A DNA stretch of 58,008 nucleotides from an uncultured Microbacterium sp. (GTDB taxonomy: Bacteria > Actinomycetota > Actinomycetes > Actinomycetales > Microbacteriaceae). The DNA lies in the NCBI RefSeq assembly GCF_913776565.1, contig NZ_CAJYPF010000191.1, positions 1-58,008 on the forward strand, in the 5' to 3' direction. A program made the translations under genes and the position numbers. Below, in pieces: positions 29,274 to 39,688 of the stretch; positions within the stretch are counted from its first letter, which is position 1, and every line of letters starts with the position of its first letter. The notes below the pieces were generated by a model. The model was not told where the DNA came from. It saw only the letters and a program-made list of their open reading frames with translations, and searched no databases.

Positions 29274-30200
29274 ATGGACATCTCGACGACGTCGCACGTC
29301 ATTGCGACGACCGATCGCCGCTCCGTCGGACGCACCCTTCGGGCCTACGTCGCTCTGACGAAGCCCCGCGTCCTCGAGCTGCTGCTGGTGACCACCGTTC
29401 CGGTCATGATCCTCGCGCAGGGCGGTCTGCCGAACCTCTGGCTGATCTTCGCCACGGTGATCGGCGGTTCGCTGAGCGCCGGCTCGGCGGCCGCGTTCAA
29501 CATGTACCTGGACCGCGACATCGACGCGCACATGCAGCGCACCGAGAACCGTCCGCTCGTCACGGGCGAGGTGTCGCCGCGCGGCGCTCTGACCTTCGCG
29601 TGGACCCTCGCCGTGGTGTCGACCGTGTGGCTGTGGGCGTTCACCAACCCGCTCGCCGCAGCGCTGTCGGCGGCCGCAATCTTCTTCTACGTCGTCATCT
29701 ACACGATGATCCTCAAGCGCCGCACCGAGCAGAACATCGTGTGGGGCGGGATCGCGGGATGCTTCCCGGTGCTGATCGGCTGGTCGGCGGTGACGGGCTC
29801 GCTGTCGTGGGCGCCGTTCATCCTGTTCGCCCTGGTCTTCCTGTGGACCCCGCCGCATTACTGGCCCCTGTCGATGAAGTACGCCGCGCAGTACGACGGC
29901 GTCGACGTGCCGATGCTCGGCGCGACCCGCAGCGGATCGCAGGTGGGCCTGCAGGTCATCCTCTACGCCTGGGCGACCGTGGCCTGCTCACTGCTGCTGA
30001 TTCCCGTTGCACCCATGGGCCTCGTCTACACCGTGTCGGCCCTCGTCTTCGGCGGCTGGTTCATCTACGAGTCGCACCGCCTGTACTCGCGCGCCGTGCG
30101 CGGAGGCGAGCCGCGGCCGATGCGCGTCTTCCACGCCTCGATCACCTACCTGACGCTGCTCTTCGTCGCGATCGCCGTCGATCCGCTGCTGCCGTTCTGA
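29274..30200 (+). CDS. ctaB: Heme o synthase (protoheme IX farnesyltransferase)
   Basis: [34 protein letters not shown]; multiple TMs; divergent from tkt. Confidence 0.95.
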   Translation: MDISTTSHVIATTDRRSVGRTLRAYVALTKPRVLELLLVTTVPVMILAQGGLPNLWLIFATVIGGSLSAGSAAAFNMYLDRDIDAHMQRTENRPLVTGEVSPRGALTFAWTLAVVSTVWLWAFTNPLAAALSAAAIFFYVVIYTMILKRRTEQNIVWGGIAGCFPVLIGWSAVTGSLSWAPFILFALVFLWTPPHYWPLSMKYAAQYDGVDVPMLGATRSGSQVGLQVILYAWATVACSLLLIPVAPMGLVYTVSALVFGGWFIYESHRLYSRAVRGGEPRPMRVFHASITYLTLLFVAIAVDPLLPF

Positions 30201-30207
30201 TCGTTCT

Positions 30208-30242
30208 CGATGACGCCCACCTCGGGGAGGTGGGCGTCATCG
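30208..30242 (+). terminator. Hairpin after ctaB
   Basis: 16-bp arms CGATGACGCCCACCTC / GAGGTGGGCGTCATCG. Confidence 0.7.
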
Positions 30243-30310
30243 TGTCTCTGCCCGCGGTTCCGGGATGCCGCCGCGGCGCCGCGCCCACACGCCACGCGGG
30301 CGCGGGGTCT

Positions 30311-30491
30311 CATCGGCGCCGAATGGCGCGCGCGGAGGTGCTTCGTGACGTTTTGGCGCCGATGAAGGGGTGAGCGCGCGCGGGAGGGGTTTCATCGGTG
30401 CTGAATGGCGCGCGCGGGGGTGTTTCGCGATCTTTCGGCACCGGCAAACGCCGCGCGCGCGAGCGCGTCTCGTGACGTTTCGGCGCCGATG
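30311..30491. repeat. Degenerate tandem of about 54-bp elements with terminal inverted repeats (REP/MITE-like), 82-bp period
   Basis: Unit 1 30311-30364 CATCGGCGCC..GGCGCCGATG; unit 2 30393-30446; third right half 30470-30491. Confidence 0.6.
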
Positions 30492-30546
30492 GAGCGCACC
30501 GAGAGGGCGGCGATACGGGCGCTACGAAAGGCGGCAGCCGGGCACG

Positions 30547-30586
30547 CGAAAGCGCCCGCCCCCCGATGGGGAAGCGGGCGCTTTCG
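30547..30586 (-). terminator. Bidirectional-looking terminator
   Basis: CGAAAGCGCCCGC / GCGGGCGCTTTCG arms just past the stop of the 30598-31101 gene. Confidence 0.65.
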
Positions 30587-30597
30587 TCGACGCGGGG

Positions 30598-31101
30598 TCA
30601 GCGACGCGTGACGTCGTCCCCGGTGTCGAGACGGGGCTCGTCGTGGCTCGCAGCGGCAGCGGCCTGCGGGGGAGCGGGGGCCGTCGAGGGCACCTCGACA
30701 TCGGCATCCTCCACCGCGAGGGGGGCCGCGGAGGTGGCGGCGGTCGTCGACGTCGCGGTGTACGGGGCGGCGCCGAAGGCCTCGGGGGCGGTCTCGTCGT
30801 CGCTGTTCCAGTCGATCGTCTCGACAGCGACATCGGGACGGCGCACGAGCGCGGTCGCGGCGGCGAGGGCGAGCACGAGGGCGATGCCGATCGCGCCGGC
30901 ACCCAGGACGGCGGCACCGACGACGACCCACGACTGGCCGACGTACACCTGCACGACGGTGGCGTTGGGGTCGTTGAGCACCTGCTCCATCGCGTCGATG
31001 CCGTTCAGCACGATCGCGAGTCCTCCGGCGATGGCGGCCACGGAGGCGACGACGAGAACCCAGAACGGGATGCTGGTCACCAGGCGGGGACGGGTCTGCA
31101 T
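30598..31101 (-). CDS. Hypothetical membrane protein (2 TM + acidic Ala/Thr/Pro-rich tail)
   Basis: AGGAG RBS; two hydrophobic helices; own terminator. Confidence 0.75.
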   Translation of the reverse strand: MQTRPRLVTSIPFWVLVVASVAAIAGGLAIVLNGIDAMEQVLNDPNATVVQVYVGQSWVVVGAAVLGAGAIGIALVLALAAATALVRRPDVAVETIDWNSDDETAPEAFGAAPYTATSTTAATSAAPLAVEDADVEVPSTAPAPPQAAAAASHDEPRLDTGDDVTRR

Positions 31102-31324
31102 GGAATCACTCCTTCATCTTCCGGCGCGGAGCCGGACGGGGCCCCACCGTGGGGGACGGCGGGACGTTTCCGGGCGCGAAGGCACCCGACGAGTTCCAGC
31201 CTGACGTACCCGTTTCGATGCCGCCTAGGGGTCGCCGATGAATGCCCTATGAGCGTATAAGGGCGTCCGGGCGCTCCACGACCGGCGCAGCGCGCCGGGC
31301 TCCGCCGCGCGCAGCGCGCCGGGT

Positions 31325-32311
31325 TCAGCCTCGTGCGGCGATCCGCTCGCGCTCCGGTGACGATTCCTCGACGGTGGTCGGCTGCTTGCAGCGCAGCACG
31401 ACGACGGTCATGGTCGCGGCGGCGAGAGCGGCCAGGACCATGTGCGTGCCGACGGCGAGCTCGGGCAGGCCGTTGCGCGCCTGGTAGAGCCCGACGGCGA
31501 TCTGCACCAGCTCGACCGCGAGCAGGGCCGTCGCCCAGCGGCGGACCGGGAGACCGCGACGCCAGGCGATCACGACGACCGCGAGCGTCAGGGCGAAGAG
31601 GGCGTATCCCGGCCAGGCGTGCACGTGCTCGAGCACCTGGGCGTCGAAGCCGTTGCGCACCGAGGCCTCGTCGCCGGAGTGCGGGCCGGCGCCCGTGGTG
31701 AGCACACCGAACACGATCGTCAGGGCGAGCACCGCGGTGGTGGCGTGCACCAGCCCCGCGAACCAGCGCGGGACGGCGAGCCGGCGGGCGCCGGCGGGCT
31801 GGTACATGCGCACGAGGAAGGCCGCGCAGACCGCCACCAGCGAGACCGACGCGACGTAGTGGAAGCCGACGATGAAGGGGTTGAGGCCCGTCAGCACGGT
31901 GACGCCGCCCACGAGCGCCTGGGCCACGATGCCGCCGAGGACGACGAGCGCCAGGACGAACAGCACGCGACGCTCGCGCCGCATGCGCCACACCAGCACG
32001 ACGACGGCGAGGGCCAGGATGCCGACGAGACCCGTCAGCGTGCGGTTGCCGAACTCGATGATCCCGTGGATGCCCATCTCGGGGGTGTTCACGAGCGAGT
32101 CGGGCGTGCAGCGCGGCCAGGTGGGGCACCCGAGGCCGGAACCGGTCAGGCGCACCGCGCCGCCGGTGCCGATGATGAGCACCTCGGCCACGAACGACAA
32201 CCACGCGAAGACGCGCACCCGGCGGTCGACGTCGGTGGGCAACCACTCGACGATCCGACGAAGCGCGCCGGGGACGCGGGACGAAGCGGTGGGGGACGGG
32301 GCGGAGGGCAT
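31325..32311 (-). CDS. ctaA: Heme A synthase (COX15/CtaA family)
   Basis: TGGAVRLTGSGLGCPTWPRC, EFGNR, GAGPHSGD, HVHAW; start chosen after AGGAAG (32368 also possible). Confidence 0.9.
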   Translation of the reverse strand: MPSAPSPTASSRVPGALRRIVEWLPTDVDRRVRVFAWLSFVAEVLIIGTGGAVRLTGSGLGCPTWPRCTPDSLVNTPEMGIHGIIEFGNRTLTGLVGILALAVVVLVWRMRRERRVLFVLALVVLGGIVAQALVGGVTVLTGLNPFIVGFHYVASVSLVAVCAAFLVRMYQPAGARRLAVPRWFAGLVHATTAVLALTIVFGVLTTGAGPHSGDEASVRNGFDAQVLEHVHAWPGYALFALTLAVVVIAWRRGLPVRRWATALLAVELVQIAVGLYQARNGLPELAVGTHMVLAALAAATMTVVVLRCKQPTTVEESSPERERIAARG

Positions 32312-32560
32312 GGGTACGGCTTCCTGGCGTCGGGGCGTTCCCGGCGTTCGGGGGAGCGGGCCTGCCATGCCGGGAGCGGGTGTTGCCTGTAGAATCGAAG
32401 GGTCCGTGTGCAGCGCTCACGCGATCCGCACGACAGACAGTCTAGGCGCGCAGCCAGCGCCTTCGAGCGGGCCCACCAGCGACGAACCTGGGACTTCGAC
32501 CGGAGTCCGGAATGTCGGGGCGGATGACACCGTTGTGGCCCGAGAAGGAGAGTGATCACC

Positions 32561-33979
32561 ATGTCCGATGTCCTCATCGACCGACCAGAGCTCGAAAGCC
32601 TGGGGCAATACGAGTTCGGCTGGCACGACACCGACGCGGCGGGCGCCATCGCGCAGCGCGGCATCAACGAGGACGTCGTCCGCGGCATCTCCTCGCTGAA
32701 GAACGAGCCGGAGTGGATGCTGAAGACCCGTCTGAAGGGGTACCAGCTCTTCGGCAAGAAGCCGATGCCGACGTGGGGCGCCGACCTGTCGGAGATCGAT
32801 TTCGACAACATCAAGTACTTCGTGCGCTCGACCGAGAAGCAGGCCCAGACCTGGGAAGACCTTCCGGAAGAGATCCGCAACACCTACGAGAAGCTCGGCA
32901 TCCCCGAGGCCGAGCGTCAGCGCCTGGTCGCAGGCGTGGCTGCGCAGTACGAGTCCGAGGTGGTCTACCACCAGATCCGTGAGGACCTGGAGCAGCAGGG
33001 TGTCATCTTCATGGACACCGACACGGCTCTGCGCGAGCACCCCGAGTTCTTCGAGGAGTACTTCGGCACGGTCATCCCCGCCGGTGACAACAAGTTCGCC
33101 GCGCTGAACACCGCGGTGTGGTCGGGCGGATCGTTCGTCTACGTCCCCAAGGGCGTGCACGTCGAGATCCCGCTGCAGGCGTACTTCCGCATCAACACCG
33201 AGAACATGGGGCAGTTCGAGCGGACGCTGATCATCGCCGACGAGGACAGCTACGTCCACTACATCGAGGGCTGCACGGCGCCGATCTACAAGAGCGACTC
33301 GCTGCACTCCGCCGTCGTCGAGATCATCGTGAAGAAGAACGCCCGCGTGCGCTACACGACGATCCAGAACTGGTCGAACAACGTCTACAACCTCGTCACC
33401 AAGCGCGCGGTCGCCCACGAGGGCGCCACCATGGAGTGGGTCGATGGCAACATCGGCTCCAAGGTGACGATGAAGTACCCCTCCATCTACCTGATGGGCG
33501 AGCACGCCAAGGGCGAGACCCTGTCGGTGGCCTTCGCCGGTCCCGGTCAGCACCAGGACGCCGGCGCCAAGATGATCCACATGGCGCCGCACACGCAGTC
33601 GTCGATCGTGTCGAAGTCGATCGCCCGCGGCGGCGGTCGCGCCGGTTACCGCGGAGAAGTGCGCGTGGATGCCAATGCCCACCACTCCGCGAACACCGTG
33701 CGCTGCGACGCCCTGCTGGTCGACACCATCTCGCGCAGCGACACCTACCCCGCGATCGACATCCGCGTCGACGACGTGCAGCTCGGTCACGAGGCCACGG
33801 TCTCCAAGGTCAGCGAGGAGCAGCTCTTCTACCTGCAGTCCCGGGGTCTTCCCGAGGACGAGGCCATGGCCATGATCGTGCGCGGGTTCATCGAGCCGAT
33901 CGCCCGCGAGCTGCCCATGGAGTACGCGCTCGAACTCAACAAGCTCATCGAAATGGGCATGGAAGGATCCGTAGGCTAA
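32561..33979 (+). CDS. sufB: Fe-S cluster assembly protein SufB
   Basis: [56 protein letters not shown]. Confidence 0.97.
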   Translation: MSDVLIDRPELESLGQYEFGWHDTDAAGAIAQRGINEDVVRGISSLKNEPEWMLKTRLKGYQLFGKKPMPTWGADLSEIDFDNIKYFVRSTEKQAQTWEDLPEEIRNTYEKLGIPEAERQRLVAGVAAQYESEVVYHQIREDLEQQGVIFMDTDTALREHPEFFEEYFGTVIPAGDNKFAALNTAVWSGGSFVYVPKGVHVEIPLQAYFRINTENMGQFERTLIIADEDSYVHYIEGCTAPIYKSDSLHSAVVEIIVKKNARVRYTTIQNWSNNVYNLVTKRAVAHEGATMEWVDGNIGSKVTMKYPSIYLMGEHAKGETLSVAFAGPGQHQDAGAKMIHMAPHTQSSIVSKSIARGGGRAGYRGEVRVDANAHHSANTVRCDALLVDTISRSDTYPAIDIRVDDVQLGHEATVSKVSEEQLFYLQSRGLPEDEAMAMIVRGFIEPIARELPMEYALELNKLIEMGMEGSVG

Positions 33980-35170
33980 ATGACGACTGCGACCGAATCA
34001 CCCGCAGCCGCCGAAGGTCATATCGACCCGGCCGCCCTCGTGGCATCCCTCGTCCCGGTGCAGACGCGCTCGGAGCGCGCGACCTCCTTCGACCCGGCCG
34101 ATTTCGGCACACCCACGGGCCGTGAGGTGAACTGGAAGCTCAGCCCCATCGACCGCCTCGCGCCGCTCTTCGTCGACCAGGCCGGTCCGACCGGCATCAT
34201 GACGGTCGACGTCGACGCCCCCGCGGGCGTCGAGCAGCTGCGCCTCGCCGCCGGTGAGGCGCCGCGCGGCGAGCACTTCCGCCCCGAAGACCTGCCGGCG
34301 GCCCTCGCCTGGACGCACGAGACCGAGGCGCCGCTGCTGCGGATCCCCGCGAACGTCGAGCTCGACGAGCCGATCGTGGTGCGCTTGACCGGCACGGGCG
34401 GTCTGGCCCACGCGCACGTGGTGATCGAGGCGCAGCAGCACTCGCGCGGCACCGTGGTGCTGCGTCACGAGGGTTCGGCGCAGCACGCGCAGAACGTCGA
34501 GATCATCGTGCGCGACGGAGCCGACCTGACGGTCGTGTCGGTGCAGAAGTGGGACGACGACGCGATCCACGCCTCGTCGCACCAGGCCCGCGTCGACCGC
34601 GACGCCAAGCTCACCCACGTCGTGGTGAGCTTCGGCGGCGGCGTCGTGCGCGTGAACCCCTCGGTCGAGCTGTCCGGCGCGGGCGCCGAGGGGCGCCTGT
34701 ACGGGCTGTCGTTCTCGGATGCCGGCCAGCACCTCGAGTCGCAGGTCTACCTGCACCACAAGGGGCCGCACACCGTCGGCGACGTGCTCTACAAGGGCGC
34801 GCTGCAGGGCGAGAGTGCGCGGAGCGTCTGGATCGGCGACGTCCTCATCGGACCGGATGCCACCGGCACCGACTCGTATGAGGCCAACCGCAACCTGGTG
34901 CTCACGGACGGCGCCCGCGCCGACTCGATCCCGAACCTCGAGATCGAGACGGGCGACATCCAGGGCGCCGGCCACGCCAGCGCCACGGGTCGATTCGACG
35001 ACGAGCAGCTGTTCTACCTGCAGGCCCGCGGTATCGCCGAGGACGAGGCGCGCCGTCTGGTCGTGCTCGGCTTCCTGAGCGAGATCGTGCAGCGCATCGG
35101 CATCCCGGAGCTCGAGACAGAGCTCATCGAGGCCATCGAGCGCGAACTGGCCGAGGGGGCTGCCGCGTGA
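33980..35170 (+). CDS. sufD: Fe-S cluster assembly protein SufD
   Basis: PNLEIETGDIQGAGHASATG, LFYLQARGI; follows sufB. Confidence 0.95.
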   Translation: MTTATESPAAAEGHIDPAALVASLVPVQTRSERATSFDPADFGTPTGREVNWKLSPIDRLAPLFVDQAGPTGIMTVDVDAPAGVEQLRLAAGEAPRGEHFRPEDLPAALAWTHETEAPLLRIPANVELDEPIVVRLTGTGGLAHAHVVIEAQQHSRGTVVLRHEGSAQHAQNVEIIVRDGADLTVVSVQKWDDDAIHASSHQARVDRDAKLTHVVVSFGGGVVRVNPSVELSGAGAEGRLYGLSFSDAGQHLESQVYLHHKGPHTVGDVLYKGALQGESARSVWIGDVLIGPDATGTDSYEANRNLVLTDGARADSIPNLEIETGDIQGAGHASATGRFDDEQLFYLQARGIAEDEARRLVVLGFLSEIVQRIGIPELETELIEAIERELAEGAAA

Positions 35171-35496
35171 GCGCCACGCGCGTGTGCGCTCTCGACGAAC
35201 TGGTGCAGGACGAGGCCCGACGCGTCGAGATCGACGGCGTCGCGATCGCCGTCGTGCTCGACGGCAACGGCGATGTCCACGCCATCGGCGACGTCTGCAC
35301 GCACGGCGACATCTCGCTCTCGGACGGCTTCGTCGAGGGCGAGACGCTGGAGTGCTGGGCGCACGGCTCGGCGTTCTCGCTGACGACCGGTCGACCGCTG
35401 AACCTCCCGGCCTACGAGCCGGTGCCCGTGTACGAGGTCGTAATCGACTCCGGCGACGTGCTCATCGATCCCACCGTCACCAAGGCGACGGCCTGA
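35167..35496 (+). CDS. Rieske-type ferredoxin
   Basis: CTH...CWAH Rieske ligands; GTGA overlap with sufD. Confidence 0.93.
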   Translation: MSATRVCALDELVQDEARRVEIDGVAIAVVLDGNGDVHAIGDVCTHGDISLSDGFVEGETLECWAHGSAFSLTTGRPLNLPAYEPVPVYEVVIDSGDVLIDPTVTKATA

Positions 35497-35537
35497 GCCG
35501 CGCCGACGACCCGAAGACTTCTCAAGTAAGGAACCCC

Positions 35538-36308
35538 ATGTCTGTCCTCGAGATCCGCGACCTCCACGTGACGGTCGAGACGGAGAACGGTACGACCCCG
35601 ATCCTCAACGGTGTGACCCTCACCATGCGTACCGGTGAGACCCACGCCATCATGGGCCCCAACGGCTCCGGCAAGTCGACCCTGGCCTACACGATCGCCG
35701 GCCACCCGAAGTACACCGTCACGAGCGGTTCCATCACGCTCGACGGTGAGGACGTGCTCGAGATGAGTGTGGACGAGCGCGCCCGCGCCGGTCTGTTCCT
35801 CGCGATGCAGTACCCGGTCGAGATCCCCGGCGTCACGGTCACCAACTTCCTGCGCACGGCCAAGACGGCCATCGACGGCGAGGCTCCCGCGATCCGCTCG
35901 TGGACCAAGGACGTCAAGGGCGCCATGGAGAATCTGCGCATGGACGCCAAGTTCGCGTCGCGCAACGTCAACGAGGGCTTCTCGGGCGGCGAGAAGAAGC
36001 GTCACGAGATCCTCCAGCTCGAGCTGCTCAAGCCGAAGATCGCCGTGCTCGACGAGACCGACTCGGGCCTCGACGTCGACGCGCTCAAGATCGTGTCCGA
36101 GGGCGTGAACCGCGCCAAGGAGCAGACCGATCTCGGCGTGCTGCTCATCACGCACTACACCCGCATCCTGCGCTACATCCGCCCCGACTTCGTCCACGTC
36201 GTCGTCAAGGGTCGGATCGTCGAAGAGGGCGGACCCGAGCTCGCCGACCGACTCGAAGAAGAGGGTTACGACCGCTTCCTCGAGGCCGGTACGCCGATCG
36301 ACGCGTAA
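35538..36308 (+). CDS. sufC: Fe-S cluster assembly ATPase SufC
   Basis: GPNGSGKST, QYPVEIPGV, FSGGEKKR, DETDSGLDVDAL, ITHY. Confidence 0.97.
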   Translation: MSVLEIRDLHVTVETENGTTPILNGVTLTMRTGETHAIMGPNGSGKSTLAYTIAGHPKYTVTSGSITLDGEDVLEMSVDERARAGLFLAMQYPVEIPGVTVTNFLRTAKTAIDGEAPAIRSWTKDVKGAMENLRMDAKFASRNVNEGFSGGEKKRHEILQLELLKPKIAVLDETDSGLDVDALKIVSEGVNRAKEQTDLGVLLITHYTRILRYIRPDFVHVVVKGRIVEEGGPELADRLEEEGYDRFLEAGTPIDA

Positions 36309-36317
36309 GATCGTTAC

Positions 36318-36647
36318 ATGACCGCAACCCTCGCTCCCGAGAAGTACGACGAGGTCACCGAGGCGCTGAAAGACGTCATGGACCCCGAACTGGGGATCAA
36401 CGTCGTGGACCTCGGCCTCATCTACGACCTCGCCTGGGACGACGAGAACGACGCGCTCGTCATCCACATGACCCTCACTTCGGCCGGCTGCCCGCTGACC
36501 GACGTGCTCGAAGAGCAGACCGCTCAGGCTCTCGACAACGTCGTGGACCGCTTCCGCATCAACTGGGTGTGGATGCCGCCGTGGGGTCCGGAACGGATCA
36601 CCGACGACGGCCGCGACATGATGCGCGCGCTCGGCTTCGCGATCTGA
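36318..36647 (+). CDS. sufT: DUF59 metal-sulfur cluster assembly factor (SufT/PaaD-like)
   Basis: DPELGINVVDLGLIY, TLTSAGCP, WMPPW. Confidence 0.9.
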   Translation: MTATLAPEKYDEVTEALKDVMDPELGINVVDLGLIYDLAWDDENDALVIHMTLTSAGCPLTDVLEEQTAQALDNVVDRFRINWVWMPPWGPERITDDGRDMMRALGFAI

Positions 36648-36656
36648 CAGCCTCAC

Positions 36657-36690
36657 ACGAACGCCCATCCCCTCGGGGGTGGGCGTTCGT
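36657..36690 (+). terminator. suf operon terminator
   Basis: ACGAACGCCCATCCC / GGGGTGGGCGTTCGT hairpin directly after the stop. Confidence 0.7.
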
Positions 36691-36787
36691 CGTGTGCGCG
36701 GGTGTCTCGGATGCCGGCGCGTTGCGAATCGGCAACGCTCGTTTTCTCGCCGTTGCCGACGGTCGACCGTGGTGGCACACTGCGCGC

Positions 36788-38386
36788 ATGAGTACGCGCG
36801 CTCCCCGAATCGCCGCGGGCCTGATCCCTCTGCTTCTCGTCGCGCCGCTGGCATCCGGGTGCACGCCCGATGCCGTCCCGACGGCCGATACGACTCCCGC
36901 CCCCGTCGCGGCCGACCCCCGCGTGGACGCCCTGGCGGCGGTGACGGATGCCACGATCGACGCCGCGATCGCCGACATCGACGCCTCGGTGCAGGCCGCC
37001 CTGAACGCCACCGGCACACCCGGGGTCGCTGTCGCCGTGGTGCACGGCGGTGAGACCGTCTTCGCACGCGGATACGGGGTGCGCAATCTCGACACGGGCG
37101 ATCCGGTGGACGAGAACACGGTGTTCGCGATGGCATCCGTCTCGAAATCGATCGGCGCGACGGTGGTCGCGCGCGCGATCGACGAAGGGGTGGTCACGTG
37201 GGACACCCCGGTGCAGAGGAATCTGCCGGCGTTCGCGCTGTCGGACCCATGGGTGAGCGGGAATCTCACGATCGCCGATCTGTACGCGCACCGCTCGGGC
37301 CTGTACGAGCACGCCGGCGATGAGCTCGAGGAGATCGGCTACGAACGCGCGGCGGTGCTGCAGCGTCTGCGCGCGGTGCCGCTGTCGGGCTTCCGGTCGT
37401 CGTACGCCTATGGCAACTTCGACATCACGGCCGCGGCCGAATCGGTCGCCGCGGCGGCGGGCGAGGACTGGGCCGACCTGTCGGAGCGGCTCATCTACGG
37501 CCCCCTCGGCATGGACGACACCTCGTCGCGGTACGCCGACCTCGCGGCCCGAGACAACCGCGCGATGGGGCATCAGCGACGGAACGGGACGTGGGTCGTG
37601 AGCCCCGAGCAGCGCGAGCCCGACGCGCAGTCGCCGGCGGGCGGGGTCAGCTCCAGCGCCACCGACATGGCGCGGTGGATGGCGATGGTGCTCGCCGCCG
37701 GAGCCGGCGACGACGCGTTCGTCAGCCGCGAGGCGCTGCTGCCCGCGGTCACTCCGCAGATCATGACGGGGCGCGACCCCGCGCAGTCGACGATGGACCA
37801 GCGGGCGGGTTTCTACGGGTACGGCTTCAACGTCACCACGACGGCGGGCGGTCTCGTCGACGTCAATCACTCCGGGGCCTTCCGCCTCGGAACCGGCACG
37901 ACGGTGAAGATGCTCCCCGCGGCCGACCTCGGGATCGTCGTACTGTCGGACGGGGAGGCGAACGGCGTCGCCGAGGGCATCGCGGGACGTTTCGCCGACA
38001 TCGCCCAGTACGGGGTGCAGCGCCAGGACTGGCTCGCGCTGTACATGGGCGTCTTCGCTCAGATGGCGCAGCCGATGGGCGAGCTCGCCGGAGAAGAGCG
38101 ACCCGTGGATGCCGCGCCCCCGGCCGCTCTCGACACCTACGCCGGCGTGTACCGCAACGAGTACTTCGGTGAGGCGACCGTGAGCGTCGAGGGCGGCGCC
38201 CTGCAGCTCGCGCTCGGCCCGACCGGCCGATGGGCGCTCTCGCCCTGGGACGGCGACGTGTTCACCTTCACCCCGACCGGCGAGAACGCCACGGAGGGCA
38301 CCGTGTCGCAGGCGACGTTCTCGGCCGACGGGACCCTGGTGCTGGAGTACTTCGACGAGCACGGGATGGGCACCTTCCGCCGGTGA
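36788..38386 (+). CDS. Serine hydrolase lipoprotein (beta-lactamase/AmpC-PBP4* fold, DUF3471-like tail)
   Basis: Lipobox ASG-C; SxxK (SVSK), YxN (YGN), HSG; YAGVYRNEYFG C-terminal domain. Confidence 0.88.
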   Translation: MSTRAPRIAAGLIPLLLVAPLASGCTPDAVPTADTTPAPVAADPRVDALAAVTDATIDAAIADIDASVQAALNATGTPGVAVAVVHGGETVFARGYGVRNLDTGDPVDENTVFAMASVSKSIGATVVARAIDEGVVTWDTPVQRNLPAFALSDPWVSGNLTIADLYAHRSGLYEHAGDELEEIGYERAAVLQRLRAVPLSGFRSSYAYGNFDITAAAESVAAAAGEDWADLSERLIYGPLGMDDTSSRYADLAARDNRAMGHQRRNGTWVVSPEQREPDAQSPAGGVSSSATDMARWMAMVLAAGAGDDAFVSREALLPAVTPQIMTGRDPAQSTMDQRAGFYGYGFNVTTTAGGLVDVNHSGAFRLGTGTTVKMLPAADLGIVVLSDGEANGVAEGIAGRFADIAQYGVQRQDWLALYMGVFAQMAQPMGELAGEERPVDAAPPAALDTYAGVYRNEYFGEATVSVEGGALQLALGPTGRWALSPWDGDVFTFTPTGENATEGTVSQATFSADGTLVLEYFDEHGMGTFRR

Positions 38387-38451
38387 GAGCGCGTGACGGG
38401 ATGTGTCAGCATCCCCCGGGGCCCGGCGGGGACGGCCGGTAGCCTCGGAGG

Positions 38452-39621
38452 GTGAGCGTCATCCCTCTGCGGGCCCTGCCCCTGGACCTTCTGCGTCAGC
38501 GCTCGAGCACGAAGTGGCGCTCGTACGCCGACGATGTCATCCCGATGTTCGTGGCCGAGACCGACTTCCCGCTCGCCCCCGCCATCACGGCCGCCCTGCA
38601 CCGCGCCGTCGAGATCGGCGACACGGGGTACACGCCGCCGCGTCCGGGGATCGACCTCGACTTCGCCGCCTACGCCGAACGCCGCTGGGGGTGGACGATC
38701 GATCCCTCTCGCATCCGGTGGACGGGTGACGTCATGATGGGCGTCGTCGAGGTGCTGCGCGCCGTGACGCGACCGGGGGACCGGGTCGTGGTGACCCCGC
38801 CCGTCTACCCTCCGTTCTACGACACCGTCGAAGAGGCGGGAGCGGTCGTCGAGCGCGTGCCGCTCGTCGACGACGGCGACCGCTGGAGCCTCGACCTCGC
38901 GGGCATCGAGAGCGCCCTGGCCGCGGGGGCGCGCGCGGTGCTGCTGTGCAACCCGCACAACCCCACCGGCACGGTGCACTCGCGCGAGAGTCTCGCCGCG
39001 CTCGCTCGCCTCGCCGCGCACTACGGCGCGAGCGTCGTGAGCGATGAGATCCACGCGCCCCTCGCGCACGCTCCGGCGGTGTTCACGCCGTTCCTGGATG
39101 CCGCTCCCGAGGCCGCCGCCGTCGGATACGCCGTCACGAGCGCGAGCAAGGCCTACAACCTCGCGGGCCTCAAGTGCGCGGTGATCGTGACGGGCGCCGA
39201 AGAGACGGCGACCGTCGTGCGGGGACTGCCGTGGGAGGTCGAGTGGCGGGCCGGGCTGTTCGGCGTGATCGCCAACCGTGCGGCCTTCGCGGCCGAGAGC
39301 GACGAGTGGTTGGAGGCGCTGCTCGCCGCGCTCGACGAGAACCGCCGCTTGCTCGCCGAGCTGCTGGCGGAGCACCTGCCGCGGGCCCGTTATCGGCTTC
39401 CGGATGCCGGCTTCCTGGCGTGGGTGGACGTCTCGGCGTACGGGTGGGGTGACAACCCCGCCCCGCTGATCCGCCGCGAGGCGAAGGTGGCTCTGCACCA
39501 CGGCCCGCTGTTCGGCACCGAGGGCGTCGGCCACGTGCGCATCAACATGGGGTGCGCCCCCGAGGTGCTGCGTGAGGCGATCGAGCGGATCGGCCGGTTC
39601 GCGGGGGAGTCCCGCGGGTAG
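38452..39621 (+). CDS. MalY/PatB family PLP-dependent cystathionine beta-lyase
   Basis: STKW, PMFVAETDF, LCNPHNPTG, SDEIH, SASKAYNLAGL, RINMGC. Confidence 0.92.
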   Translation: MSVIPLRALPLDLLRQRSSTKWRSYADDVIPMFVAETDFPLAPAITAALHRAVEIGDTGYTPPRPGIDLDFAAYAERRWGWTIDPSRIRWTGDVMMGVVEVLRAVTRPGDRVVVTPPVYPPFYDTVEEAGAVVERVPLVDDGDRWSLDLAGIESALAAGARAVLLCNPHNPTGTVHSRESLAALARLAAHYGASVVSDEIHAPLAHAPAVFTPFLDAAPEAAAVGYAVTSASKAYNLAGLKCAVIVTGAEETATVVRGLPWEVEWRAGLFGVIANRAAFAAESDEWLEALLAALDENRRLLAELLAEHLPRARYRLPDAGFLAWVDVSAYGWGDNPAPLIRREAKVALHHGPLFGTEGVGHVRINMGCAPEVLREAIERIGRFAGESRG

Positions 39622-39665
39622 CTCGACGGTGGGCCTTGTGGGCGGCGGGAGTGTGGCATCCGAGG

Positions 39666-39684
39666 ATAGGTAAGGATATCCTTA
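39666..39684 (+). promoter_or_regulatory. IdeR/DtxR iron box overlapping the -10 of the siderophore-interacting gene
   Basis: ATAGGTAAGGATATCCTTA, 14/19 to consensus TTAGGTTAGGCTAACCTAA; contains -10 TATCCT 6 nt before GTG. Confidence 0.8.
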
Positions 39685-39688
39685 GCGG

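Noticed and set aside
30311-30491. Possible CRISPR array or IS
   Set aside because: Only about 2.5 divergent units; no cas or transposase gene and no clear target-site duplication
32526-32530. GACAC (WhiA-type motif) upstream of sufB
   Set aside because: A single 5-mer is not significant
36788-38386. Calling the serine hydrolase a beta-lactam resistance gene
   Set aside because: SxxK/YxN motifs are shared by many peptidases and esterases; a lipoprotein with a DUF3471-like tail is not evidence of beta-lactamase activity
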